The position numbers and the translations under genes were made by a program. This document shows positions 17,946-27,807 of a stretch of DNA of 61,741 nt, piece by piece. The stretch spans positions 1 to 61,741 of the forward strand of contig CAZWEM010000012.1 of assembly GCA_964632315.1 (NCBI GenBank), read 5' to 3'. This stretch comes from an uncultured archaeon (lineage in GTDB: Archaea > Asgardarchaeota > Lokiarchaeia > Sigyniarchaeales > SOKP01). The notes under the pieces were generated by a model. That model was not told the DNA's origin, searched no databases, and was given only the letters and a program-made list of their open reading frames with translations. Within the stretch, counting starts at the first letter, position 1. Each line of letters opens with the position of its first letter.

Positions 17946-20351
17946 TCAATTCCCCATGAAACTAGCTAAATTTTTTTGAGTGGACTTCCTGTTTATCTTT
18001 GATTTCAACAATTTTTCAAGCTCGGGAAATTCGAAGGGGAAGAGGTTTTCAAATGCTCTCTGAAGCAGTTCCACATATTTTTTCTTGTCATAGTGATGCT
18101 TCTTTTCATCATATAAGTGAGAAAGGATTACTTTTTTATTTGGAAAGTCGGGATCAGCTTCAGCATTTAAGATGATATAGAAAACATTCTTTCCCGGAGT
18201 AGCCATCACGCCAGATTTCTCTAGTTGTCGAGCAGCAACTGCTTGATACGAGTTCACCTTGTATTGAGAGGGAACACGAGATATTCTTTGCTTAATTGTC
18301 AATTCTTCCTTTGAAATGTGACCAGTTTCGATTTTATCAACATATTGAAGCAATAACTTCTTTGCTTCAGGAATCTTGCTTTTAAATTCTTGGATTGACT
18401 TTACCTCCTTAAAAACATCAATAAAAGCATATTGAGCATCTTTAACGATTTTAGGTATATCACGTCGTCGAACTTCAATTCCCCTTACTTTTATCTCTCC
18501 AGTATTTTTTATCCCCCAATAATGACTCAGGGCAGGAACATCAGGTTCTGCTCGAGATGGAAGAAATACAATACTGTTAAAAAGACCATCCCAACTCATA
18601 GGTATTTGCGTTTTATTCGTTATTTCTTGAGCGACTATTTTTGTTATTTTCTCAAACTCTTCAGGAGTCCTATTCTGAGTATCCTGAAGCCACATTGAAT
18701 CAACTATTCCATGGATGACCTTGCAACCATAATCTTCAGCAATTTCTGCCGAACGCATAAGAAATTCACGTGAGAAGGCGCATACCGTTTGATGAGCCTC
18801 AATCTTTCCAAAACGAGCGTTTTTGAATCCTAAGTACCCAAAACTCACGACCAATACCCATTTTAAAGCCGTATCAGTAAACTTATATCGAACGCTTCCT
18901 GTTTTCCGAACATACTCCTTACAATTCAAGCGTTTAATTAAAGGTAGTTTTATTGATTTAGAAATAATACCTTCTCTTTTTGAACAAATGTGAAAATCAA
19001 GGCCAGGAACCTTAATTCCTGTTCCATCATCTTTACAACACTTGCAATTGACTGTTTCAGACGAGATATTAAAGTTTGCCATCAAAGAGGGATACATTGA
19101 AGAAAAATCAAGTTCAGCCACTTGATGGAAAACTCCAATTATGGGCTCATAAATATGTCCCCCACGATCACCCTTAATCAGATCCATTCCCGAACGAAAA
19201 TCTTCGGGACTCTTTTTAAAGGGAGGAATTAGATGATCTAGCTTATACGCATAATAATATTGTATAGATTGAAGTGCCCCTCCAATGGTTACTCTACTTA
19301 AGCGTTGTAAAGGAACGCGTGAAATCCGAGCAACTTCAATTACACCTGGTATGTTTCCTTCAGTAAAGTGTAAACTCGCATAAGTAGTGGTATCAAGATG
19401 AAATCTTCCCGTGAAGTATACTTGTGTTTTTGATCGCCTGCGGATGACTCCATATGACATATAATGATCCTTGCTTCCTGATAAGTCGAAAATGCAGTTT
19501 CGTAAAGGAGTTTTTGTTCGCGAAAAATAAACTTTTTTTGAAATACCATGAGCAGAAGCTCTTTCAGCTAAGTAAGGAAACATGAATTCATCTCCAACTT
19601 GAGTCAAAATAATGTCAGGATCTAATCTTTCAATAACTTTACTTATCTCCAAAAGTGTCTCCGCTTCATCGCCCTTATCAATCAAGATCGTATCTTTTTT
19701 GTAGCCATCCGCACGAGGTACATTATCTTCATCATTTTCTACGATGCTTATTTGGGCATAAGCAATAGGATCATTATAATAAGGTCTGATCCCTCTTTGC
19801 TGTACTTTAACATCTAACCATGCTGCTTTCAAAGGAGGTAATTCATAAAAGAGCTCTTCGTTGTCATCATTTAAAATGACTGAAACCAATAGCATTTTCT
19901 CTTTCTCTTTACTTTTCTGAATATTGACTTTAAAGCTGCATTTTGAAATAGGAAACAGATCATTAACATAGAAATACATCTGAGAAATGGGTAAATCCGT
20001 ATTATAGAGGATGAATAAATCATCTTTCTCAATTTCCTTTATAGTTGCTTTAAATAAAGAGGGCTTTATCACAGAAACCCCCAGTACCTCTTCTTTCTCG
20101 TGATCTTCAAGGCTCACGTACTTTTTACATACTCTCACGCTTTTTACATTAGCATTCTGGCTAAGAATTTTCTCTAAAGTTTTTAAATCCTTTCCAATGC
20201 CCTTTTTGGGGACAACAAAAAATTCAGGGAAATAGTCGGCATAGATTTCCACATTTTCTTCTTCTTCAATAGTTTTTACCCAGAGTTTAACTCCGTTGCT
20301 GCACGTTGAGACATCGAGCAACCATCCTTCAAAGGTTTTTATTTCATTCAC
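17946..20351 (-). CDS. polB2: family B DNA polymerase, PolB2 (Dpo2) group
   Basis: Motif A ELDFSSMYPS, motif B KWVLVVSFGYLG, and altered motif C HGIVDS (vs YGDTDS) characteristic of PolB2; degenerate exonuclease domain; KVRGIEVRRRD. Confidence 0.9.
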   Translation of the reverse strand: MNEIKTFEGWLLDVSTCSNGVKLWVKTIEEEENVEIYADYFPEFFVVPKKGIGKDLKTLEKILSQNANVKSVRVCKKYVSLEDHEKEEVLGVSVIKPSLFKATIKEIEKDDLFILYNTDLPISQMYFYVNDLFPISKCSFKVNIQKSKEKEKMLLVSVILNDDNEELFYELPPLKAAWLDVKVQQRGIRPYYNDPIAYAQISIVENDEDNVPRADGYKKDTILIDKGDEAETLLEISKVIERLDPDIILTQVGDEFMFPYLAERASAHGISKKVYFSRTKTPLRNCIFDLSGSKDHYMSYGVIRRRSKTQVYFTGRFHLDTTTYASLHFTEGNIPGVIEVARISRVPLQRLSRVTIGGALQSIQYYYAYKLDHLIPPFKKSPEDFRSGMDLIKGDRGGHIYEPIIGVFHQVAELDFSSMYPSLMANFNISSETVNCKCCKDDGTGIKVPGLDFHICSKREGIISKSIKLPLIKRLNCKEYVRKTGSVRYKFTDTALKWVLVVSFGYLGFKNARFGKIEAHQTVCAFSREFLMRSAEIAEDYGCKVIHGIVDSMWLQDTQNRTPEEFEKITKIVAQEITNKTQIPMSWDGLFNSIVFLPSRAEPDVPALSHYWGIKNTGEIKVRGIEVRRRDIPKIVKDAQYAFIDVFKEVKSIQEFKSKIPEAKKLLLQYVDKIETGHISKEELTIKQRISRVPSQYKVNSYQAVAARQLEKSGVMATPGKNVFYIILNAEADPDFPNKKVILSHLYDEKKHHYDKKKYVELLQRAFENLFPFEFPELEKLLKSKINRKSTQKNLASFMGN

Positions 20352-20631
20352 GCGTTTTTTCGTAATCTCTCAACTTCTCCTCGAGACTTTCAATTTTCTT
20401 TGATAAAAACTCAATAGCTTTTTGTTGCTCAATTGCAAAGGACATAAATAGTATCTCTGATAGCATTGTACGAGCCCCCATACTGCCTGCATCTGAATGA
20501 ATTCGTGCAAAGTTCATTAACTTATCAAATCTTTTTCGATCTTCGGGTCGTAATGCTCTTTTGAACTCTTTCCAGCTCTCAATTTCGTGTTCAAGAGCTG
20601 GTCGGAAACTTGGTACTGTTCTACCACACAT
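20344..20631 (-). CDS. small PolB2-associated helical protein
   Basis: (M)GRTVPSFRPALEHEIESWKEFKRALRPEDRKRFDKL matches the small protein conserved beside archaeal polB2 genes; overlaps the polB2 start. Confidence 0.75.
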   Translation of the reverse strand: MCGRTVPSFRPALEHEIESWKEFKRALRPEDRKRFDKLMNFARIHSDAGSMGARTMLSEILFMSFAIEQQKAIEFLSKKIESLEEKLRDYEKTRE

Positions 20632-20787
20632 TTTAATCCATTCTCTTAAAATCTAACCCAGAAGGATAATCATTAAAGAAATTAAAAAAATCATGCATCA
20701 AAGATTTTCTGATTTTTAATGGAAAAGATATATAGTAGTTTAGCAAAAGATCCAATATTATCAATTTCATTTTAAAAGTGAAATGAA

Positions 20788-21753
20788 TTGCGAATAATCG
20801 ACTCATTGTGTTATGTTCCTACAGAGGAAGTGTTTATTGATTTGCTCGTTTCTTTACCGCCTCAGATGTCAAGGTACCTTAAAGACGTATTTGGACCTAA
20901 AGTTGGACCTTTAATTGGAATTAGTGCCGAAGAACTATATAAAATGAAGGTAAGCTTGAGTCCAGAGGAGCTTAAAAAAGCAATAATTCCATATCTCCCG
21001 AAGATAAATAAACTCACCACAACCGTGGAAGATTTTGTTCTTCAATTAAATAAAATGGGAGTTGAAAAAGCAGTTATATTCAATCTTGATGAAGAAACTC
21101 CAAGTGGAATAGCGGGATTGTCTAATGATTATTATGCAGATATTGTTCGAAACTTTCCTGATAAATTCATTGGATTTGCTGGAATAGATCCCTTGAAAGG
21201 AATGGATGCGATACGAGAAATAAGAAGATCGTATAATTTAGGATTACGAGGAGTTGCTGTAAGACCATTTATGTTCAAAATTCCTCCAACTCATGCAAAA
21301 ATGTATCCTATTTATGCAACTTGCGTAGAACTAGACATCCCCATCTGGTTTCATTTATCGATTAATTATTCCACCAATTCAATGGAATATGAAAGACCAA
21401 TTTTTTTAGATATGGTTGCTCAAGATTTCCCCGAACTCAAAATGATTGCTGGACATGGAGGTTGGCCATGGGTAAATGAGATAGTAGCAGTTGCGTGGCG
21501 AAATCCTAATATTTACATCGATATCGCATCTTACCTCCCCAAGTATATTGGGATGAAAGGTACTGGCTGGGAACCATTAATACATTATGGTAATTCAGTT
21601 TTGCAAGATCGAATTTTATTTGGTTCAACGTGGTTGTTTATGGGCTTATCAATTAAGCAATTAGCTGACGGAGTATACCAGTTACCCCTCAAAGATGAAG
21701 TTAAACATAAATGGTTGTTTCAAAATGCCGCAAGATTACTTGGTTTCGAATAA
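20788..21753 (+). CDS. amidohydrolase family protein (Amidohydro_2)
   Basis: FIGFAGIDP, PIWFH, FPELKMIAGHGGWPW, NIYIDIA and RILFGSTW motifs. Confidence 0.85.
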   Translation: MRIIDSLCYVPTEEVFIDLLVSLPPQMSRYLKDVFGPKVGPLIGISAEELYKMKVSLSPEELKKAIIPYLPKINKLTTTVEDFVLQLNKMGVEKAVIFNLDEETPSGIAGLSNDYYADIVRNFPDKFIGFAGIDPLKGMDAIREIRRSYNLGLRGVAVRPFMFKIPPTHAKMYPIYATCVELDIPIWFHLSINYSTNSMEYERPIFLDMVAQDFPELKMIAGHGGWPWVNEIVAVAWRNPNIYIDIASYLPKYIGMKGTGWEPLIHYGNSVLQDRILFGSTWLFMGLSIKQLADGVYQLPLKDEVKHKWLFQNAARLLGFE

Positions 21754-21873
21754 TTAATTTTCAAATCATAGTAAAAAATTTTATAGCTTTTTAATGAACT
21801 TCTTAGATTAGTAATTTTAAAGAAAAATTAATCACTTTGCTTATTATCAATATAAAAGTTGAATTGATTTTTT

Positions 21874-23349
21874 ATGAAATTGGAAGAATTCGAAATAATT
21901 TATAATCAAGATCGAGTAATTATTAAAGACAAAGAAAAATTCAAGAATGATTTAATTAAAATTCTAGGAAAAGAGAACGTATTATCTGATGAACTCGATT
22001 TATTTGCTTATAGTAAGGATTCCACTTTAATTGGTCATAATTGGATATTAGAAGGGAAAATCGCTGCCAGACCTGATTTTGTAGTCTTGCCAGAAAATGA
22101 AGAACAAATAATTAATATTTTGAAATTAGCAAACCAAGAAAAAATACCAGTTATTCCCTATGGTGAGGGTTCTGGAGTTGTTGGAGGAGCTATTCCTGTA
22201 CGAGGAGGAATTATTATTGATATGAAAAAATTTAATTCTGTTATTGAAATAAATGACAAAGATCTCACCGTGACAGTCGAAACAGGAATGAATGGAATGA
22301 ATCTCGAGCGTTATTTAAATGCTAAAGGCTATACTAGTGGACATATCCCTCAATCGATATACACATCTTCTGTTGGAGGATGGATTGCACACAAAGCAGC
22401 GGGACAATTTTCTACTAAATACGGAAAAATTGAAGATATTGTTCTAGGAATGAAAATAATCCTACCACAAGGAGATATATTAAACTTTAAACCGATTGTT
22501 AGAAAAGCTACCGGACCACAACTAGACAAATTTTTTATTGGGAATGAAGGAACCCTAGGAATAGTAACAGAAGCTACGTTACGTATTTGGCCTTTTCCTG
22601 AACAAAGGGCTTTAATCTCATATGCATTTCCGACTTTCGAGGATTCATTAGAAGCAGTAAGGCTAATATTAAGGGAGCATATATTTCCTGCAGTTGTACG
22701 AATTTACGATAAAGATGAAACTAAAAGACATTTTCTTGACGTCGAAAATGCTAATGATAAGGTTATGATTATTTTTGTCTGCGAAGGAAACAAAGAAGTA
22801 GTACAAGTGGAAGAAAAAATTACTAGAAATGTATGTGAGAATAATTTAGGAGTGAATTGTGGGGAAGAACCAGTTGAACATTGGTTTGAAACAAGATTTC
22901 GGGTGACCGAGACTAGTTCAAGCCCACAATATAGTTTAACTATAGATACTATTGAAGTGGCGGTATCATGGAATAACGCTGCAACTATGTATCACAACGT
23001 ACTTGATAAAGTCAAAGCAATTAAGGGTGTTGTTTTGTTTACGGCCCACGTATCTCATTTTTATCCTAATGGAGTCGGAATGTACTTTTCATTTGGAGGA
23101 GTTGAAATGGGAGAAGAAACCAATTTTGATTTTTACCAAAAAGTTTGGAATACCACGATGAAAGCTGTTTTAGAATCTGGAGGGTCAATAGCACATCATC
23201 ATGGGATTGGTATCAATCGAAGCAATTGGATGGATGAAGAATGGGGAAAAGGGATGGATGTATTAAGGAAAATTAAGCAAATATTAGATCCTAATAATAT
23301 TCTAAATCCAGGAAAATTATTTGGAAACATTTGGAAAAGAGGTGCTTAA
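21874..23349 (+). CDS. FAD-binding oxidoreductase, alkyl-DHAP-synthase-like (VAO/GlcD superfamily)
   Basis: PYGEGSGVVGG, GHIPQS, GQFSTKYGKIED, GNEGTLGIVTE, HVSHFYPNG, HHHGIG and DPNNILNPGKL motifs. Confidence 0.85.
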   Translation: MKLEEFEIIYNQDRVIIKDKEKFKNDLIKILGKENVLSDELDLFAYSKDSTLIGHNWILEGKIAARPDFVVLPENEEQIINILKLANQEKIPVIPYGEGSGVVGGAIPVRGGIIIDMKKFNSVIEINDKDLTVTVETGMNGMNLERYLNAKGYTSGHIPQSIYTSSVGGWIAHKAAGQFSTKYGKIEDIVLGMKIILPQGDILNFKPIVRKATGPQLDKFFIGNEGTLGIVTEATLRIWPFPEQRALISYAFPTFEDSLEAVRLILREHIFPAVVRIYDKDETKRHFLDVENANDKVMIIFVCEGNKEVVQVEEKITRNVCENNLGVNCGEEPVEHWFETRFRVTETSSSPQYSLTIDTIEVAVSWNNAATMYHNVLDKVKAIKGVVLFTAHVSHFYPNGVGMYFSFGGVEMGEETNFDFYQKVWNTTMKAVLESGGSIAHHHGIGINRSNWMDEEWGKGMDVLRKIKQILDPNNILNPGKLFGNIWKRGA

Positions 23350-23352
23350 CTC

Positions 23353-24615
23353 ATGGAAAGTTTTCTTGAAAAATATAAATGGTTTCTCGAAGATTTAAAT
23401 AAGGCTGAAAAAGACGTAAAAAGAAAAGTATTTAACGGATTACGCTTAATGAAGAAGAATTATTATCCAAAAGAAGAAAAAAATGCAGATGTAGGTAATT
23501 TAATTAATTGTGCTCTCTGTCCTAATATGTGTAGGTTCGATTGTGGGACTCTCCAGGTCGCACAAAAAGAGTCAATGAGCCCAGCGTTCAAATCAAGAAT
23601 CGGATATTACCTAAGTATCGGAAAAATTGATCCCTCTAAAAAGGAAAATAAGGAATTTATAGATTTGATGTATAAATGTACAAATGAAGAAAACTGCAAA
23701 ATATGGTGCCCATTCGAATTCTCTGTGGTTTCTCTTCTTGAAACTGTAAGAGATGATTTGAATGCAAAAGGATTAATGCCAGATTATTGTAAAGCTCAAA
23801 TAGATAAATTAAATAAAACAAATACTATTGAAGATCATAATATTTATAAAACATATGAAGAAAAAGGAATCAAGAACATTGAAACAGATGGGAATGATGA
23901 AGTTTTCTATTTTATTGGATGCGAGATGATGAAATTTCCAGATGTAGTTAAAGCGAACATTGAGATTCTTGAAAAAGCTGGTGTGAAATTTTCTACCAAT
24001 CTAAATTCGAGAGCTTGTTGTGGTGGTCCTGCCTTTAACATAAGGGACTTAAAAACCGCTGAGAAGTTCGCAAATTTAAATAAAAAAATGATTGAATCAA
24101 CTGGAGCAAAATTAGTGGTGTCTGATTGTCCTGGTTGTGTACTAACATTGACTCAAAGATATGATTCTATCGGTATAGAAACTCAAACTAAAATAATTCA
24201 TATCACGGAATTCATAGCAAAACTAATCGAAGAGGGAAAAATCATTCCTAAAAAATCTATTAATAACTTTAAATTAACCATACACGATCCTTGTTTAATA
24301 TCTCGGAATTTAAATGATAATACATCGATTAGAAAGATTCTTAAATCAATCCCAGGGATTGAAATAACAGAGCCTATTTATAATAAGGAAAATGTGCATT
24401 GTTGTGGCTGGAGTGGTACAGCACATTGGGCCGACAAAGAATTATCCATTAAGGAAGCTCAAAGAAGGATATCAGAATTAAAAGAAACGGGATCAGTAGA
24501 TATAATTTCTGCTTGCCCCCTATGTGAATTGGGATTAAACTATGGTATCTCTGAAGATGAAAAAGATGAACTCCATATCCATGATATATCAGAAATCTTA
24601 GTAAAAAGTATTTGA
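23353..24615 (+). CDS. Fe-S oxidoreductase with two cysteine-rich CCG domains (GlpC/GlcF/HdrD-like)
   Basis: CALCPNMCRFDC, CCGG, DCPGC, HDPC, CCGW and ACPLC motifs. Confidence 0.85.
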   Translation: MESFLEKYKWFLEDLNKAEKDVKRKVFNGLRLMKKNYYPKEEKNADVGNLINCALCPNMCRFDCGTLQVAQKESMSPAFKSRIGYYLSIGKIDPSKKENKEFIDLMYKCTNEENCKIWCPFEFSVVSLLETVRDDLNAKGLMPDYCKAQIDKLNKTNTIEDHNIYKTYEEKGIKNIETDGNDEVFYFIGCEMMKFPDVVKANIEILEKAGVKFSTNLNSRACCGGPAFNIRDLKTAEKFANLNKKMIESTGAKLVVSDCPGCVLTLTQRYDSIGIETQTKIIHITEFIAKLIEEGKIIPKKSINNFKLTIHDPCLISRNLNDNTSIRKILKSIPGIEITEPIYNKENVHCCGWSGTAHWADKELSIKEAQRRISELKETGSVDIISACPLCELGLNYGISEDEKDELHIHDISEILVKSI

Positions 24616-24710
24616 ATTTTATTTTTATTTTAAAATTATTCAAGTACAAATTTTTATAACATTAGAAACCTAAATCTCCATATAATTTAACATATTAAAA
24701 TTGTGATTTT

Positions 24711-26174
24711 ATGAGTGATTTATTATGCATATTTGATGTTGGAACTACTGGTACTCGTACTATTATATTTGATGCTGAAGGGAAAGAAATCTGTAAAGCT
24801 TATGAAGAGTACGTAATTCCAAAACAACCAGTAGGAATTTCGGAACAAGATCCAGAGATTTGGTGGAATGCAATAAAACAAACGTGTAAGAAAGTAGTAA
24901 ATAGTGGTAAATTTAATCCCAAAGACATAGTTGGAATTTCAGCAGCTTTTTCCCGAGCCACAGTCACGATTATAAGTAAGGAGGGAGAAATTCTTCATCC
25001 TGCCTTAACATGGATGGATGAAAGAGAATTAACAGATGCTAAAGGGTTCAATGAAGAATTAATGTGGAGAAATTCAATACCTAAATTGTTATGGATGAAA
25101 AAAAATAAACCAGACTTATTTAATAAAGCATTTAAAGTCATCTCTCCTGATTCATACACCTATATGATGCTTTGTGAAAAATTTGTAACAGATCCGACAA
25201 ATGCTATTAATGGCATTCTAAATTTAAACACATGGAAGTTAGATAATGATCTGGCTGAAGCATATGAATTACCTATTGAGTTATTTCCCGCAGTCCATAT
25301 GCCTGGTGAAATTATTGGAGATTTATCAAGTAAAGCATCTTCAGATTTAGGATTAAATTCTAATATCCCAATAATTTTAGGGGGAGGGGATCAACAATGT
25401 GCTGCTTTAGGAATGGGAGTTATAGAAAAAGGTCAAGCCAAAGTTACAACAGGTACAGGGACTTTTGTTGATTATGTTGTTGATGAACCAATAAGACCAG
25501 CTGGAGACTTTCCAATATTTACTTACCCCCATCTCATTGAGGATAGGTGGGTTCTTGAAGGAGTCATGCCTGGAACTGGCACAATGTTCCAAACTTATGC
25601 CCGAAATTTTTCCCAATTACAACTAAAGCAATCCAAAGAGCTAAATCTCAACGTCTATGACACTTTAACTAAGGAAGCTGAACAAGCACCTCCTGGTAGT
25701 AATGGCTTATTATTCGTGCCACTTTACATTTTTAGGAAAGGAACAATTCACGGTTTAAGTTGGCATCACGGAAGGACTCATTTCGCAAGAGCAATCATGG
25801 AAAGTGCTGCTTTATCAGCAAATATGTATCTTGGAATGCTTGAAGCGATTGGGGGAGCAAAGACCAATGAACTGAAATCTGACGGTGGAGCAATGAATAG
25901 TGAATTTTGGGCTCAAATCTTTGCTGATATCATAAACAAGAAGATTATCGTTCCAGAAAATAAAGATGGTGCCGCACTTGGAGCTGCGATGCTAGGATTT
26001 TATGGTACTAAAATTCATAATTCAATTGATGCAGCCATTAATCATATGTGTAGATTTGAAATCATTAAAGAACCAATTAAAGATAACGTAAGAGCTTACA
26101 AAAAATTAGTTCGTTTATTCATGCCCACGGTTCTTGAAATCAATGAAAAAAAGAGAGTAACTAAAGATTTGTAA
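24711..26174 (+). CDS. FGGY-family carbohydrate kinase
   Basis: DVGTTGTR, EQDPEIWW, GGGDQQCAALG, TTGTG and DGGAMNSEFWAQIFAD motifs. Confidence 0.9.
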   Translation: MSDLLCIFDVGTTGTRTIIFDAEGKEICKAYEEYVIPKQPVGISEQDPEIWWNAIKQTCKKVVNSGKFNPKDIVGISAAFSRATVTIISKEGEILHPALTWMDERELTDAKGFNEELMWRNSIPKLLWMKKNKPDLFNKAFKVISPDSYTYMMLCEKFVTDPTNAINGILNLNTWKLDNDLAEAYELPIELFPAVHMPGEIIGDLSSKASSDLGLNSNIPIILGGGDQQCAALGMGVIEKGQAKVTTGTGTFVDYVVDEPIRPAGDFPIFTYPHLIEDRWVLEGVMPGTGTMFQTYARNFSQLQLKQSKELNLNVYDTLTKEAEQAPPGSNGLLFVPLYIFRKGTIHGLSWHHGRTHFARAIMESAALSANMYLGMLEAIGGAKTNELKSDGGAMNSEFWAQIFADIINKKIIVPENKDGAALGAAMLGFYGTKIHNSIDAAINHMCRFEIIKEPIKDNVRAYKKLVRLFMPTVLEINEKKRVTKDL

Positions 26175-26285
26175 TTTTTATTCCTATTTTATTTATTAAA
26201 ATATATAAGATGAGATTTAAGTAGTTAATCGCATTTTGCGCTAAAGAGTTAATTTAAAATTTGTAGTAAAATTAACAAGTTTAAA

Positions 26286-26717
26286 ATGAGTGATAGGTAT
26301 TGTTTCTTGAGTCTATATTTAAATGATCATGCGCCTTGCGGGATATATTGTAAAAGATGTCCAGGAGTAAAAGCATATAATTGTAAGGGTTGCAGAACAC
26401 AAAAGGGACAAGTTAAAAATTTTCCGATTTGTAAAACCTATCAATGTGTTCAAGAAAAAGGCTTTAATTTCTGTTATGAATGTAATGATTTTCCCTGTGA
26501 AAAACTCCAACCAATATTAAATTTTGAAATATTTTTTCCACATAATTCAAAAATCTATAATCTATTGATGATCCAAAAACTTGGACTTACCAAATGGAAT
26601 GAAATCTGTGAAGAAAAGTCGGATCTCTATTATCAAGGCAGGAAAGTCAAATATAGCGGAGACACTCTTACATTGGAGAAGAAAGATCCAAATTTATACA
26701 AAAAAAAGAATGAATGA
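26286..26717 (+). CDS. DUF3795-type cysteine-rich protein
   Basis: APCGIYCKRCP, CKGCR, CKTYQC and FCYECNDFPC motifs. Confidence 0.8.
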   Translation: MSDRYCFLSLYLNDHAPCGIYCKRCPGVKAYNCKGCRTQKGQVKNFPICKTYQCVQEKGFNFCYECNDFPCEKLQPILNFEIFFPHNSKIYNLLMIQKLGLTKWNEICEEKSDLYYQGRKVKYSGDTLTLEKKDPNLYKKKNE

Positions 26718-26733
26718 GTTCAAAAGGATCCTA

Positions 26734-27489
26734 CTAAGTTAGCCAACTTTCCAAAGTCATATTCCTCAATGGTGGTCTCTTTTTAGGTTCTCGGGGCTTC
26801 CATTTAAGTAACCTTTTTTCTGGCATGTATGGATGTTGCACGAGGGTATATTCTACAAATCTCTCTTCATCTTTTACTGACACTAAAACGCTCCCGAAGT
26901 GAGAAAGAATTTTTCCCCCTTTAGGTCTGAAGTTGCTGAACTCATTAAGAGGTGCTGTAATAATGATCAGCGGTTTCGTTCTCGAAAGTAGTTGCTTTAT
27001 TCCATTTATGGCTCTCAATAACTCTTCAAAATTGTGTTTTTCGTAGCTCGGAAAAAGAGTAGTGATTCCAGATATGAGTACTACCTTAACTTGCGCTAAA
27101 TTAGAAAGTCGATTTTCTAATATCTCCACAGTTTGATCAAATGTAAATGCTCTGGCGATAAGAATGTTTTCCAATACATTCTGAGGAGATAGATTCTGCG
27201 AAACAGCAAATTTACTTACCGTATAAGGATTAAACTTATTATTAGCATCAATCCACGCAACTTTTACTCCTTCTCCAAAACCCCCATAATCTTTAGATTT
27301 CTGAGCGATTACTGACGTGGTTAATAATATACTCGTTGTTTTCTTTATATCTCCATAAATGAGATAAATTAGATCTTTGTGATATCCTACTCCACCCAAC
27401 AATTCATCAAGAGTTGGGTTTCCACTTGAAATTTGGGGAGATTTAGAATAGTTTTTGTGCATCTTAAATCCTGAGTCGAATCGCATCAT
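26734..27489 (-). CDS. RecA/RadA-like protein with degenerate Walker A (PolB2-associated type)
   Basis: ISSGNPTLDELLGG, IYGDIKKTT (degenerate P-loop), WIDANNKFNPY and ILIARAFTFDQ motifs. Confidence 0.8.
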   Translation of the reverse strand: MMRFDSGFKMHKNYSKSPQISSGNPTLDELLGGVGYHKDLIYLIYGDIKKTTSILLTTSVIAQKSKDYGGFGEGVKVAWIDANNKFNPYTVSKFAVSQNLSPQNVLENILIARAFTFDQTVEILENRLSNLAQVKVVLISGITTLFPSYEKHNFEELLRAINGIKQLLSRTKPLIIITAPLNEFSNFRPKGGKILSHFGSVLVSVKDEERFVEYTLVQHPYMPEKRLLKWKPREPKKRPPLRNMTLESWLT

Positions 27490-27807
27490 ATGGTGATAAG
27501 TTCAACCAGAATAAAAGTGAATTAGTCCGACAATTTTCTGAAATTTTTCCTTTTAAACTAAAACTTTGATTAAATTTGTGTGTAACATATTAAAGGACTC
27601 TATTTAAAAGAATAACTATTCCATAGTGACAGAGGGAGGAGACTGAAACTAAAATTATCAAAGTGACAAAATTAAGATCAAAATCTCTGATAAAAACACC
27701 AATCTAATTTCTTCTGATTTTTGATTTTAACTTGAAGAATTTTATGTTTTATTGAGTTAAAAATAAAAATAACATAAGTATCATAAATAAAAAAAAGAAA
27801 ATTTGAG

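Noticed and set aside
17946-20351. PolB as a marker of a casposon, virus or other self-synthesising element
   Set aside because: The motifs are of the cellular PolB2 type; no cas1/integrase, capsid gene or terminal inverted repeats were seen.
20700-27725. Shared TTCTGATTTTT-like word upstream of the small PolB2 gene (~20707) and the radA-like gene (~27536, ~27712) as a damage-response box
   Set aside because: The word is low-complexity and AT-rich with inconsistent spacing; it cannot be distinguished from chance without a genome-wide test.
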